Of a DNA stretch of 64,000 bases, positions 11,267 to 23,039 are shown piece by piece. The notes beneath the pieces were generated by a model, which saw only the letters and a list, made by a program, of their open reading frames with translations, ran no database searches and was not told the origin of the DNA. Origin of the DNA: Heteronotia binoei (Eukaryota); contig NC_083237.1 of the NCBI RefSeq assembly GCF_032191835.1, positions 17,174,001 to 17,238,000 on the forward strand. The letters run 5' to 3'. A program made the position numbers and the translations under genes. Positions within the stretch are counted from its first letter, which is position 1, and each line of letters begins with the position of its first letter.

Positions 11267-12264
11267 TGTGGCTTCCTGCCTGCATAAATAAGGACACCAG
11301 AGAGAGAAAGTTACATTTCTTGAGATCAGGTCAATTTTTCTTCTTCTTCTTCTTCTTTTCTTTTGAAGGCACTGTTTTGTCCCCGCCAACCTCAAGGAAG
11401 CACACAAGAAGCTCAACAAATTCAGCATTGTGATATCAGTCTCCATAGAAGTAATACTCTCTACTCAAATCCCCATGATTCTGACAGGTATAGTAGTTTG
11501 AGTGTCAGATTGAGATCTTTGAAACAGAGGTTCAGGTCTTCCTGAACAAAAGGCCTTAAATGGTGGGCAGAAGAACAATGAAGGGCAGATTTCATTCCTT
11601 AGAAATAAATTTATCAAAAAACAAGGTTCACTGCTTTAACCATGGTCAGCTTTCCAAATATACTAAGAAACAATAGTTTCCCTCAGCCCTCTTGCTCTCT
11701 GGGCGATCAGTTCTTGTTCAACTTAATTTCTGTCTTCTGGCATGCATGACAATATTACAAAGCAGAGATATGGGGAAGACAGGAGAATTACCTCAAATAT
11801 AATCCCCAAATTTTTTTGGTCTCTTAGGTGCTACTGCTCTGCCCTGAATGGCCCAGACTAGGGTTGGGTCCAAATGGCTAGTATAAGCCACCTCAGGGAC
11901 ATCCCATGACCAGACCAAAAAAGCACATTCAGATGCACACATTTGGATCCCATCCCACTCCTGCCCTTACCCCGTCCTTATCCGTCATCCTGCCGCCTCA
12001 AAAAGCTACTACATACAAAGTGGTAGCCAGAGGTCGTTTTGCAGAAAAATAGGTGGTGGAGCTCATTCAGAGATTGTTATGCAGCTGAACCTACTATTCA
12101 ATGGACAATGTGGGAAGGAGGAGATGGAACTCTCAGAAAGGTTCAGGGGCTGTTCTCCTGTGAGCTTCCGCTGAATCTGAGGCCTGGTGGTAGCAAATCG
12201 ATGAGGCACTTCTGGGGTGCCTTTCCCAGCCATCTGAATGGCCAGGGAGTGCCTGGGAAGCAGC

Positions 12265-12480
12265 ATATGAACATATGAAGCTGCCTTATACTGAATCAGA
12301 CCCTCAGTCCATCAAAGTCAGCAGCTACTCAGGGTCTACTCAGACTGTCAGCAGCTCTCCAGGTCTCAAGCTGAGGTTTTTCTCGCCTACTTGTCTGAAC
12401 CCTTTTTAGTTGGAGATGCCAGGGATTGAACCTGGGACCTTCTGCTTACCAACCAGATGCTCTACCAGTGAGCCACCATC
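12265..12480 (-). mobile_element. tRNA-derived SINE with CR1-like tail
   Basis: B-box-like gggattgaacctggg on the plus strand and a catatgaacatatgaagctgcc tail. Confidence 0.55.
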
Positions 12481-12951
12481 CCTCCTGTGCAGTCAGGCAC
12501 CTTAGCAGTGTGACTACTCCTCCAAGGTGCATGCAGCCCATTCCATGTTCCAACAGTTAGCTGTGCATCATCTGGCCACCCGGAGCATTTCTCTTTCTGC
12601 CAGTTTACTTCCAGAACAGGAGGCTGCCACCCCAAGCTGGCCATCTGTGCCCAACCTAGCAAAATAATTTCAGATATCTGGAGCTAAGCAAGGTCAGCCA
12701 TGCTCAATATTTGAATGGGAGACCACCAAGGAAGTTCAGGGTTGCTACACAGAGGCAGGCAGTGGCAAACCACCTCTAAATGTCTCTTGCCTTCAGAACC
12801 CTCAGCTGGCTATGACTTTAAGGCATTTTCTACCACAAAGTGGACTTTAGATGGTCCACTTGAATCCAGATGTTCTATTGCAGACCAACACAGCTTCCTT
12901 CTGAAACTGCCTTAACCAACATTTCATTAATCCACCTGTAACATTTTCAGG

Positions 12952-13232
12952 CGAAAGCCAGTTTGGTGTAGTGGTTAAGTGTGCGGACTCTTATCTGGGA
13001 GAATCGGGATTGATTCCCCACTTCTCCACTTGCACCTGCTGGAATGGCCTTGGGTCAGCCATAGCTCTCGCAGAATCTTCCTTGAAAGGGCAGCTGCTGT
13101 GAGAGCTCTCTCAGCCTCACCCACCTCACAGGGTGTCTGCTGTGGGCGGAGAAGATATAGGAGATTGTAAACCACTCTGAGTCTCTGATTCAGAGAGAAG
13201 GGCAGGGTATAAATTTGCAATTCTTCTTCTTC
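12952..13232 (+). mobile_element. Squam3-type SINE
   Basis: Head gccagtttggtgtagtggttaagtgtgcggactc and (TTC)n tail. Confidence 0.85.
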
Positions 13233-14909
13233 ATCAGATTATCATAAACTTCAAACAGCACTGCAAATCATGCATTCACACAGACTTCAGGGAGTGTCCC
13301 AGCCTCCCCCATCATTTTCAAATCAGTTTCCCTCAGGTTGAGCATAATCTTACCTTTGTGCTTTCTCCAGGTTTTCCTTCACATCCAAGGCAGATATTTT
13401 CATGTCACTGGTTTGAATAATCTGCTACTATGGCCAGAAGGGATTACGAAAGCTTTTTGATACAAGGTGTTTAAAGGTAAGGAGAAAACTCGTTTGATTG
13501 TCAGTGATTTCCAGACTCAGAGGCATCAACGTAAAGATGAGCCATGTTGGATTTCCTCTCACTTTTCTCAATTCCAAGTGACAACAATAATCAAAGTAGA
13601 GGTTTTCCCAGCACCTGATGTCCCTTAACTGGAGATGCCACTGATGGAAATTGGGATTTCCTCTGTGCCAAACTGATACTCTGCCATCTAGATCTCTCCT
13701 TACCTGGACCTTCCAGCCAAAACCTATATCATCTCTCCTATGATGTTCTTGCTTCTTTGAAAGACCTGTCTGGGGTAGCCGGAATATTACGAGGTTTGCT
13801 CCTCTGCTATGAGAACTCTATTTCCTCAGTTTACAGCAACAATAATGACCTGAAGACCCTCTGGAATTAATTACTCACTAGTACCCCAAAATAGAAAGAA
13901 GCTTTACATGTTGCTGGTCCAGAGCATGCTGCTTCATTTCTCAGTGCTGGAGATCAGAGTCTCTGTAAGGAGAGACAGAAGTCATGATGGCCACATTGGC
14001 CAAGGAGAGTCTGTCCCCTAGGGTTGAGAGAGCTAGAAACCTAACCTAATCCTAACCAGAGCCCTAGCCCTACAGCAGAATAACACACAGCTACCCTCAA
14101 AAATGAGGTTGAGATAAGAGCTGCTTTAAGTAGAACCCAGCAAGTACTACCCAGTTTGATTAGCAGCAGCTTCCCAGTACTTTAAGGGGATGACTTCCTT
14201 TGCACTAAAAACTCCCAGGGTATTCATTGAATTTGAGTTTGTATGCTACTTTGGTGTCTGTTTCTGCCAGGAATGTTGAATGCCTTCTGAAATGAGGGCC
14301 AGCACAGGCTGGCTACTTGCTAACTACTCTCCAGGTAAGAAGACAGACAGCATGGTGAGTGGATTTTTTGTTAGAGTATTTTGCACGCAGCAGAAGAGCT
14401 GAAGGAGAGGGACAGGCAAAACACAGGAATTAATAGACAAGAGAAACAGCTGTATTCAATGGTAGATATATTTACCAGTGAAAGTATCCAATATTCAGAG
14501 TCGTTGCCAGGCCAAGGTCATACACAGTAATCAGTACACACTTCAGTAGATAACAGTATACAGCAGTAAGTATACACAGCACGATCCAAGCACAGTAGCA
14601 TAGGATCCAACACCAGCAGTGATCGCTGCCACCCAGATAGCGGGCCTCACAGAACCCACAATCCTTACAGGCAGACTGAGCAGGCTCACTGAGCTTCCCT
14701 AAGTACACGTACCAATCATCAGGGTTGCATCAGCTCTGTGAGTCAGCACAAAGCCTAATTACAGGTGAGGTCATCCCACCTTACCTCAGTAACAGGTAAC
14801 AGCTGGATCATGATGCAGCATGACTCAGCATGACATTGCAGAAACAACATTACTATTACTAAGATGGAGTCAGTCAGCCATTTTAGGACTGAGTTCCAAC
14901 ATTCTCCTC

Positions 14910-17900
14910 TTAATAGTTCTGTTCGTTTCTCAATCCGAGCTTTTTACAGTGCTCATTATGCTTTTCCATAGTCTGGGGTTTCGTAAACATATCTGCTGTA
15001 TTGTGGCCAGTATCACAATACCTTATGTTTATCAACCCTTCCATGATACATGATCTGACATTCTGGTACCTTATGTCAGTGTATCTATTCCTTGTCTTTA
15101 CTCCTTCTGCTTTTGCAATCTCAATCACAGCTTGATTGTCTTCCAGAACTTCAACAGGCTTCTCTGCCTCTATATGCAGATCCTTTAGTAGCTGTCTAAA
15201 CCATTCTACCTCAGTACAAGCAGTAGAAAGGGCGCAGAACTCTGCTTCTGTGGTGGACAAGGCAACCACACGCTGCTTTTGTGTCTTCCAGCATACTAAT
15301 ACCTCTCCCAAATATATGGAAAGACCTGTTGTTGACTTTCTGGTTTCACAGTCACTTGCAAAACTTGCATCTGTATACACTTTCAGTGCTAGCTCCCCCC
15401 TAGGTTCGATATAAAGACACCAGTCAGCAGTGTTCTTTAAATATCTCAACACTCGCTTAGCAGCAATCCAGTGATTCTGCTTAGGGTTCTGGGTAGCTCT
15501 TGCCAACAGATTACAGGCTACTGATATGTCTGGCCGTGTCCAATTACTGATATAGCTCAGACTACCAATTAACGACCTGTACATTTCAACATTACATGGT
15601 GGGCTATCTGTAACATCATTTACAAAGCCAGTCACCATAGGGGTTGAAACAGTTTTGCAATCAGTCATCTTGTACTTGTCCAACAAATCTATGATTTTAG
15701 GTTTTTGTGACAGTTTAAAACCTTGTGTAGTTTTTGCAATATCTACACCCACATAGGTCTGTACAGTACCAAGATTCCTCAGTTTAAACTTCTTACTTAA
15801 GGCTGAAACAATATCATCTGTTTGTTTCTTTGTCTTGGTTAGAATCCCCAAGTCATCCACAAAAGTAAGAACAATACATCTTGTTTCACCACTTCCCTTG
15901 GTAAACACACATGGGTCAGCAATGCTCTGGGTAAACCCTAGCTGTTTAAGTGTACCCACTAGGCATTTTGACCATTGATGACCACTTTGCTTTAGACCAT
16001 ACAAGCTCTTATTTAGCAACCAGTATCCCTTTCCAGTACCAGGAATACCTTCTGGTCTCTTTAAATAAATTTGGTGCTCCAAATTAGCATTTAGGTATGC
16101 CACACAGACATCCAAATGGGTAAAATGGAGTTTTTCTCTAGCTGCCACAGTTAACGCAGTCAGAAGTGAACTGCTCTTTAACGTTGGAGCAAACACTTCG
16201 TCATAAGTCTCATTAGTCTGTCTGCAACCTTGTGCTACAAGCCTCGCCTTATACTTTTTTCCCCCAGACTGGTCTGTTTTCACCTTGTATACCCATCTAG
16301 TGCCTATGGGTTTTACACCAGCAGGTACAGTATCAGTCTCAACATAAACATTTAAACGTTTCAGGGAAGAAAGTTCATCGTCCATAGCAGCCTTCCAGTT
16401 ACACTGCTCTTCCATGGACAAAGAGAAAATGTCAGTATATTTCTCAGGCTCATGTATAGCAGACATTACAGGACTAAATCTCTCAGGAGCTCTTCTTTCA
16501 CGTGTAGATCTCCTCAATGCAGGCTCATCAGTTGGCACATTCCTCCCGGATGATTCCTCACGAGTAGGCTTCTCCTCCATCTCCTCGTCAGGCATCTCTT
16601 CTTTTGGGGTTAACTCAGCCGCCTCTCCCTCCTCTGGGTTGCTAGGCATCGAGCTGACTTGTAACCGGATTCCTTGGTCACCCTCAGGACAGAACGCTGG
16701 CGATTGGGTGCAACGATCCCAGCCCTCTGATCTCTCCAGAAACGTGGCTGAAGCACTAATCACCACCTCACGACTGTCGAGTGTGCCAAAACGATAACAG
16801 CTCCCGTTTCTCTCATACCCGAGAAACCTCATACGTCTAGCCTTCAGTTGGCCTTTACGTCTGAGCTGTTGAGGAATATGAACAAAAGCTGTAACTCCAA
16901 ATACATGCAAATTTGCCAAGTTAGTTACCTTGTCATGCCATAGGCTTGCCGGTATTTTGCCAGTAGATGAACACCAAACTCTGTTCAGGTTGTAGTTGGC
17001 ACAGCACATAGCCTCTGCCCAAAATCTCCAGGGCATATCTGCATCACGTAACATACACTGGCACATGTCTTGCAATGTACGGCCTCTTCTCTCACAAAAA
17101 GCATTATGGGTAGGTCTGTACGGAGCAGTCAAACGGTGCTCAATCCCAAGCTCTGCAAACAAACTTTGAAAACGTTTATTAACAAATTCCGAGCCTCTAT
17201 CAGAAATAATGCATGCAGGCACATTTCCAGTTTTTCTCTTAACAAACCTTAGCCAATTCTGCATATTTTGAAAGGTTTCAGTTTTAGCTTTCAACAGGTA
17301 AACAAAACCATACCTTGAATAGTGATCTTCTATACTTAAGACATATTTGGCCCCGCCCACTGACTCCTTAAAGGGCCCTATCAGGTCTAAGAACACTAGG
17401 TCAAGAGGTTTCTTACTAGTAAATTTACTTGGAGTACGCACAGGAGCTTTTGTAGACTTCACAAGCTTGCAGATTTCACAGTCAAGAAATTCCTTGCAAG
17501 GTTTAAGATTAATACCTTCTGCCTGTTCAACAGTCTTCTTTAGAGCAGGAAAACCAGCATGGCCTAATTTCCTGTGTAAAAGATGACAGCAATTATCATG
17601 CACTGGTTTATTTACACAGACGTTATTACACGTTTGTACCTTGGTATGCAAGAAGTATAAATCTTCCTTCAACATTGCCTTTACACACACACCGTCTTTG
17701 GTCCTCAGCTCACAGCACGAGGTGTCAAATTGCAGTTTGAAACCTTCCCTGCACAGAGCAGACACAGACAGCAGATTCATCTTAAGTGAAGGAACAAAAC
17801 CCATATGCAGCTCCTTCCTTAGGCTTGGCAGGAACACTTTCCCTCTGCCAAAAACAGTTGCTTTAACTCCATCTGCCAAAACAACGGACTGGTTATCAAC

Positions 17901-18860
17901 AGGTGTGTAAGAAGTAAACAAACTCCTCTCTCTACAGAGGTTCTCCGACGCTCCACTGTCAATTAGGAAAGATTGAGTGTGGTTAGTTGACTTACCAGTA
18001 GTAACGAGATGCACATTACCACTCTTATCAGCAGACCTCATTTCAGACCGTCTCTCTTTCCCTTTCTGGCCTTGACAATTCCTAAACAAATGTCTAGATG
18101 AGCCAGACCGGAAGCATTTCTTCCTTACAGCCATTACATTACCTGTTTGACAGTCAGGATCCTCCTTAACAGTAAATCCACTGCCCCTCTCTGGCTTACA
18201 GACAGGCTTTCTCTCCGCACGTAGAGAGGAATTGGACTGTCTCTTGCCATATTCATCAAGAAGCCGTCCAGTTATGACGTTCATGGTTGACCCTGTCTCA
18301 GGCAAACCCTCCAGGCTCGTTATCACAGCGTCATATGATGCATCTAAGGAACTTAAAAGTATGCACACCTCCTGTGATTCAGAAAACATTTGGTTATGCT
18401 CTCTTAGCTCTAGAAACATCCTACGCATAGACTCTATATGAGATAACATATCTGCATTAGCTGCCAGCCTGGTATGCAGAAGCTTCTTCACCAAACGAAT
18501 CTGAGAACCGACAGTTCCTCGGACGTAAATTTCCTTCAAAGCATTCCAGCAGTCATGAGCCTTCTCCAGTCCTGCTATATGCACCAGCTGGGAGTCGTCT
18601 AGAGAAAGACCTATTAAAGACAAAGCCTTAACATCCTTTTTACGCAAAAGGTCTACAGCTTTTCTGTCCTCAGCAGCTTCCTCTGCCTCCTCAGCAGCCT
18701 CCTCTTCACCCTCCGGGCTACTGATAGGAGCAGCCACCACCTCCCACAGCTCTTGGTGCTTTAATAACAGACTGACCTTCTGGGACCACGTAGCATAGTT
18801 AGTCCCATTCAGCTTAGTAATGCTGAGCCCAGAGAAGGAAACAACATTTGCAGCTTCCAT
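14910..18860 (-). CDS. gag-pol: Copia Gag-Pol polyprotein, 1316 aa, uninterrupted
   Basis: Gag (LNGTNYATW; UBN2-like), knuckle CFRSGSSRHLFRNC, protease LIDSGAS, integrase HRKLGH..CEIC with D(LDLIGP)-D(SDRGSEF)-E(CERRGR), RT FVDD, RNase H YTDAS/TEAE/EDNQA/ADMFTK. Confidence 0.97.
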   Translation of the reverse strand: MEAANVVSFSGLSITKLNGTNYATWSQKVSLLLKHQELWEVVAAPISSPEGEEEAAEEAEEAAEDRKAVDLLRKKDVKALSLIGLSLDDSQLVHIAGLEKAHDCWNALKEIYVRGTVGSQIRLVKKLLHTRLAANADMLSHIESMRRMFLELREHNQMFSESQEVCILLSSLDASYDAVITSLEGLPETGSTMNVITGRLLDEYGKRQSNSSLRAERKPVCKPERGSGFTVKEDPDCQTGNVMAVRKKCFRSGSSRHLFRNCQGQKGKERRSEMRSADKSGNVHLVTTGKSTNHTQSFLIDSGASENLCRERSLFTSYTPVDNQSVVLADGVKATVFGRGKVFLPSLRKELHMGFVPSLKMNLLSVSALCREGFKLQFDTSCCELRTKDGVCVKAMLKEDLYFLHTKVQTCNNVCVNKPVHDNCCHLLHRKLGHAGFPALKKTVEQAEGINLKPCKEFLDCEICKLVKSTKAPVRTPSKFTSKKPLDLVFLDLIGPFKESVGGAKYVLSIEDHYSRYGFVYLLKAKTETFQNMQNWLRFVKRKTGNVPACIISDRGSEFVNKRFQSLFAELGIEHRLTAPYRPTHNAFCERRGRTLQDMCQCMLRDADMPWRFWAEAMCCANYNLNRVWCSSTGKIPASLWHDKVTNLANLHVFGVTAFVHIPQQLRRKGQLKARRMRFLGYERNGSCYRFGTLDSREVVISASATFLERSEGWDRCTQSPAFCPEGDQGIRLQVSSMPSNPEEGEAAELTPKEEMPDEEMEEKPTREESSGRNVPTDEPALRRSTRERRAPERFSPVMSAIHEPEKYTDIFSLSMEEQCNWKAAMDDELSSLKRLNVYVETDTVPAGVKPIGTRWVYKVKTDQSGGKKYKARLVAQGCRQTNETYDEVFAPTLKSSSLLTALTVAAREKLHFTHLDVCVAYLNANLEHQIYLKRPEGIPGTGKGYWLLNKSLYGLKQSGHQWSKCLVGTLKQLGFTQSIADPCVFTKGSGETRCIVLTFVDDLGILTKTKKQTDDIVSALSKKFKLRNLGTVQTYVGVDIAKTTQGFKLSQKPKIIDLLDKYKMTDCKTVSTPMVTGFVNDVTDSPPCNVEMYRSLIGSLSYISNWTRPDISVACNLLARATQNPKQNHWIAAKRVLRYLKNTADWCLYIEPRGELALKVYTDASFASDCETRKSTTGLSIYLGEVLVCWKTQKQRVVALSTTEAEFCALSTACTEVEWFRQLLKDLHIEAEKPVEVLEDNQAVIEIAKAEGVKTRNRYTDIRYQNVRSCIMEGLINIRYCDTGHNTADMFTKPQTMEKHNEHCKKLGLRNEQNY

Positions 18861-18987
18861 CTCTGCTACTTATCACTGGACACCTGGGCAACTTGGCAGT
18901 CTGCCTCCGTCTCTTCCAAAACACTGTGTTGCCTCCTCTGTCTTCAGAACAGCAGCACCTCTAGAAACACTGGGAGCTCTGGGAGCT

Positions 18988-19001
18988 CTGGGCCCATAAC
19001 C
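18988..19001 (-). promoter_or_regulatory. Primer-binding site complementary to the anticodon-stem region of initiator tRNA-Met (half-tRNA priming)
   Basis: The minus strand reads LTR-CA TT GGTTATGGGCCCAG; the plus-strand CTGGGCCCATAACC matches the tRNAiMet anticodon arm. Confidence 0.9.
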
Positions 19002-19864
19002 AATGTTAGAGTATTTTGCACGCAGCAGAAGAGCTGAAGGAGAGGGACAGGCAAAACACAGGAATTAATAGACAAGAGAAACAGCTGTATTCAATGGTAG
19101 ATATATTTACCAGTGAAAGTATCCAATATTCAGAGTCGTTGCCAGGCCAAGGTCATACACAGTAATCAGTACACACTTCAGTAGATAACAGTATACAGCA
19201 GTAAGTATACACAGCACGATCCAAGCACAGTAGCATAGGATCCAACACCAGCAGTGATCGCTGCCACCCAGATAGCGGGCCTCACAGAACCCACAATCCT
19301 TACAGGCAGACTGAGCAGGCTCACTGAGCTTCCCTAAGTACACGTACCAATCATCAGGGTTGCATCAGCTCTGTGAGTCAGCACAAAGCCTAATTACAGG
19401 TGAGGTCATCCCACCTTACCTCAGTAACAGGTAACAGCTGGATCATGATGCAGCATGACTCAGCATGACATTGCAGAAACAACATTACTATTACTAAGAT
19501 GGAGTCAGTCAGCCATTTTAGGACTGAGTTCCAACATTTTTCACCACCTGATCTCAAAGGTTTGACGATTCAGGAGGATAATAAAGATGTCAGCTGCATT
19601 CCACAGGGATTGCTGTGCTCCCTTTGCGTCTATTAATAATTTGCTGTTGGTTTCTTCCATACTTTGCATCAGAAGCCCTTAATGAAACAAAGACAAGAAA
19701 GGAGGGACACTGTTGGTTCAATCCTGCAAAGTTACAGTGTCAAATGCCTTTATGTCAGTAGAGATAATCTACACATGATTGTAATGAAAATTGCAGAAGT
19801 TGGGTTTTGGGTTGGTTATATTGCAGTTGGCTTCTTCGGTCACAAAATACAAAGGAATCCGTTT

Positions 19865-22790
19865 TCTTGTTTTAAACATTTTTTTCATAACATATGGTAA
19901 CAATTTCTGTTAATAACTTCTTTTCATCTATCCCATATGCTTCTTTCTAATCACCCCTCCCCCCATTCCTTAACCCCCACCAGTGTTATTTACTCAAAAT
20001 ACTAACATTAAAAGGTACCCTTAATTACTAAGAACTAAAATTAATATTCTTCTTTCTTCTAAAGTTTAATCATTATCAAAAATTGTCCAAAGTCCTTTTA
20101 CTTTCCACTCATCTTCTACATAACTTCTAAATTTTTTCCACTCCCTTTTAAAATCTTCTAAATCATAGTCTCTTAAAGTTCTTGTTAATTTGTCCATCTC
20201 ACTCCATGTCATAACTTTTACAATCCAATCCCATTTTTCTGATATTTTTCTTGCTTCCATAACTGCGCATATAGTGTCCTAGCAGCTGAAAGCAAGTACC
20301 AAATTATAGTTCTATCTTCTTTTGGAAATTTTTCCATTTGTAATCCCAACAGAAAAGTCTCTGCAACTTTCTTGAATTCATATCCCAAGATCCTAGAAAT
20401 TTCTTGTTGGATCATCTGCCAATACTTTTTCACTCTTTCACAAGTCCACCACATATGGAAGAAAGAACCTTCATGTTTTTTGCATTTCCAACATATGTCT
20501 GGCATCTTGCTATTCATCTTTGCCAATTTTTTAGGAGTCATATACCATCTATACATCATTGTAAAACAGTTCTCTTTAATACTCTGATATGCTGAAAGTT
20601 TCATAGAGTTTTTTCATAAATATTCCCATGTATCCATCTGTATTTCTTTATTTACATTTATTGCCCATTTAATCATTTGAGATTTCACTACACTAATTTT
20701 TCATTATTCCCAAACAGAACTTTTTCCATTTCTGTTTGCCCTCGTCTTATTCCTTCAGTTTTAATATCATTTTCCACCAAACTCTTTATTTGCTGCATTT
20801 GAAACCAATTGTATTTGTTATTCAACTCCACAGCAGTTTTCAATTCTATTTTGCCACTTTGTATTTTTAATCATTGATTGTATGACAGCCATTTTTCCTC
20901 ACCTGTCTCAGCTGTTATTTTTATCACTTCTGCTGGCACTATCCATAATGGTTTTCTTTCATCACCATATTTCTTATATTTCATCCAGGTATTCAACAAA
21001 TTATTTCTTATATAATGGTGAGAGAAAAAACTATCCATCTTTTTCTTCCCATAATACATATAAGCGTGCCAGCCGAATTTATTTCCGTGACCTTCCAACA
21101 CTAAAGGTTTTTTATTCAACAGCGTCACCCAATCTTTTATCCACACTAAACAAACTGCTTCATGATATAATTTTAAATCTGGTAATTGGAATCCTCCTCT
21201 TTCTTTAGCATCTATTAAAACTTTCATTTTAATCCCAACCCATACAAATTCCGAAATCTTCCTTTGCCATTTGTTAAATTGTTCACTGTCCTTCACAATT
21301 GGAATAGTTTGAAGCAAATACATTATTCTCGGCAAAATATTCATCTTAATTGCAGCTATTCTTCCAAGCAATGACAAGTTAAGCTTATTCCATTTTATCA
21401 TATCTTCATCCATTTTACGCCATAGCTTTTCATAGTTATTTTTGAACAGGTCAATATTCTTCATTGTTATTTCCACACCCAAATATTTTACTTTAGAGGT
21501 AACTTCACATCCTGTTAGTCTCTGCAACTCCTTTTGTTTATTTACTTGCATATTTTTACATAAAAATTTGATTTTTCTTTATTAACATAAAATCTCATCA
21601 GTTCTCCATATTCTTGTATTTTAGCTAACAACAAAGGTGTTACTTGTGCAGGATTTTCATTTATAAACATTATATCATCTGCAAATGCTCTATATTTGTA
21701 AATAAATCCTTTAACTCTCAACCCTTCTATTTCTTTATCATCTTGTATTTGCATCAACAAAATTTCAAGAGTCATTATAAACAACAAAGGTAAAAGAGGA
21801 CAACCTTGTCTTGTACCTTTGCTGATTATCATTTCATCCATAAGATCTGCATTTATACATAACCTTGCATGTTGTTCAGTATATATTGCCTTTATCATTC
21901 TTATAAAGTTTTTCCCCAACTCTATTTTCTCCATTACTGCAAACATAAAGTCCCAGTTCAAATTGTCAAAAGCTTTCTCTGCATCCACAAAGAATAATGT
22001 AACTTCCTTCTCTGGATGTCTTTCATGATATTCTACAATATTTACAACAGTTCTAATATTGTCTCTTATTTGCCTTTTAGGAAGAAATCCCGCTTGGTCT
22101 TCCTTTATGAAATTTATCAAATATTGTTTAAGTCATTCTGTATATATCTTATAGTCATTATTTAGTAATGAAATTGGTCTATAGTTCTTTACATTCGTGA
22201 CATCTCTATCTTCCTTAGGAATCAAAGAAATTACAGCTTCCTTCCATGTATTTGGTATTTTCCCTTTTATTCTTATCATATTCATCAATTTTTGAAGTTT
22301 CGGTACTAATTCTTCTTAAAAAATTAAAAAAAAATTATTACATGTTCTTTTAAGTCTGTCCCTTCTTCTTCAGGTACTCCTCTCAGACGTATTTGTGTCT
22401 CCATCAATTTACAGTCATGGATTGTTATTTTTTCTTGCATTTTTAATAAGGTGGAATCCTGGAGTTTAACTTTCCCTTCTACCTCCTGCACTTTTTTGAC
22501 ACCACCACTGTTTTATTTCTAATCTCTTCCATTTCTTTTTTAAAGTCCTCAATATCTTTTTAAAGTTCTTTTTTGCAAGCATTTATCATCTTTTCCACCT
22601 CTTTCATCATCCTAGCTTCCATTGCTTCTGACTAATCTTGCATCTTCTCCAATGAGGCAGCCCTTGCATGGGTTACCTTTGAATCTAACATTAAAAAAAC
22701 AGCGAAAAGTTTGATATCACCAAATTCAATTTCAACTATCAGGTTTGATAGATTAGAACTTACCCTTTCAAATGAGCGTAATTTCACCGT
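19865..22790 (-). mobile_element. L1-clade LINE, decayed, with an internal deletion joining ORF1 to the ORF2 RT region
   Basis: ORF1 coiled coil and IRLRGVPEEEG (about 22330-22690). ORF2 KNYRPISLLN, QAGFLPKRQIRDNIR, DAEKAFD, GTRQGCP, FADD, and C-terminal CWKC..HMWWTC. The endonuclease is missing. Confidence 0.9.
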
Positions 22791-23039
22791 CCTCCAACCT
22801 TCCCAGGCTCAGATATTAATAGGCAGTTGCCTAGAGCACCAGGAGGGTGGGGATGCCAAATTAGACTCCCACCTTCCTGGTGCCCCAGGTAAGCTCCTAG
22901 TTTGCCTGCCCCCTCCGCCCACCCGCTGCTGCCCACCCATCCTTTCTTTCCCTTCCTGTCCCTTCGCCTTCCTCCCCCACCCCGGTGTGATAACAGTGTG
23001 CCATGCCTGAGTCCTGCTGGCTGCGACATGGTGTGCGAA

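Larger units (their letters stand above)
14369..19536 (-). mobile_element. Full-length Ty1/copia LTR retrotransposon (5168 bp)
   Basis: TG...CA LTRs at 14369-14901 and 19004-19536 (533 bp each, no difference found by eye). TSD TTTTT at 14364-14368 and 19537-19541, PBS at 18988-19001, PPT at 14902-14911, domain order PR-IN-RT-RH. Confidence 0.98.

Noticed and set aside
11267-11446. 60-aa N-terminal extension of the OR-1 ORF (poly-Arg)
   Set aside because: It lies upstream of the conserved acceptor, and the Arg run is a (TTC)n microsatellite in the intron.
14472-14708. Cys-rich 78-aa ORF, identical at 19107-19343
   Set aside because: Inside the LTRs; its identity reflects LTR identity and there is no domain evidence. 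It is not an env gene.
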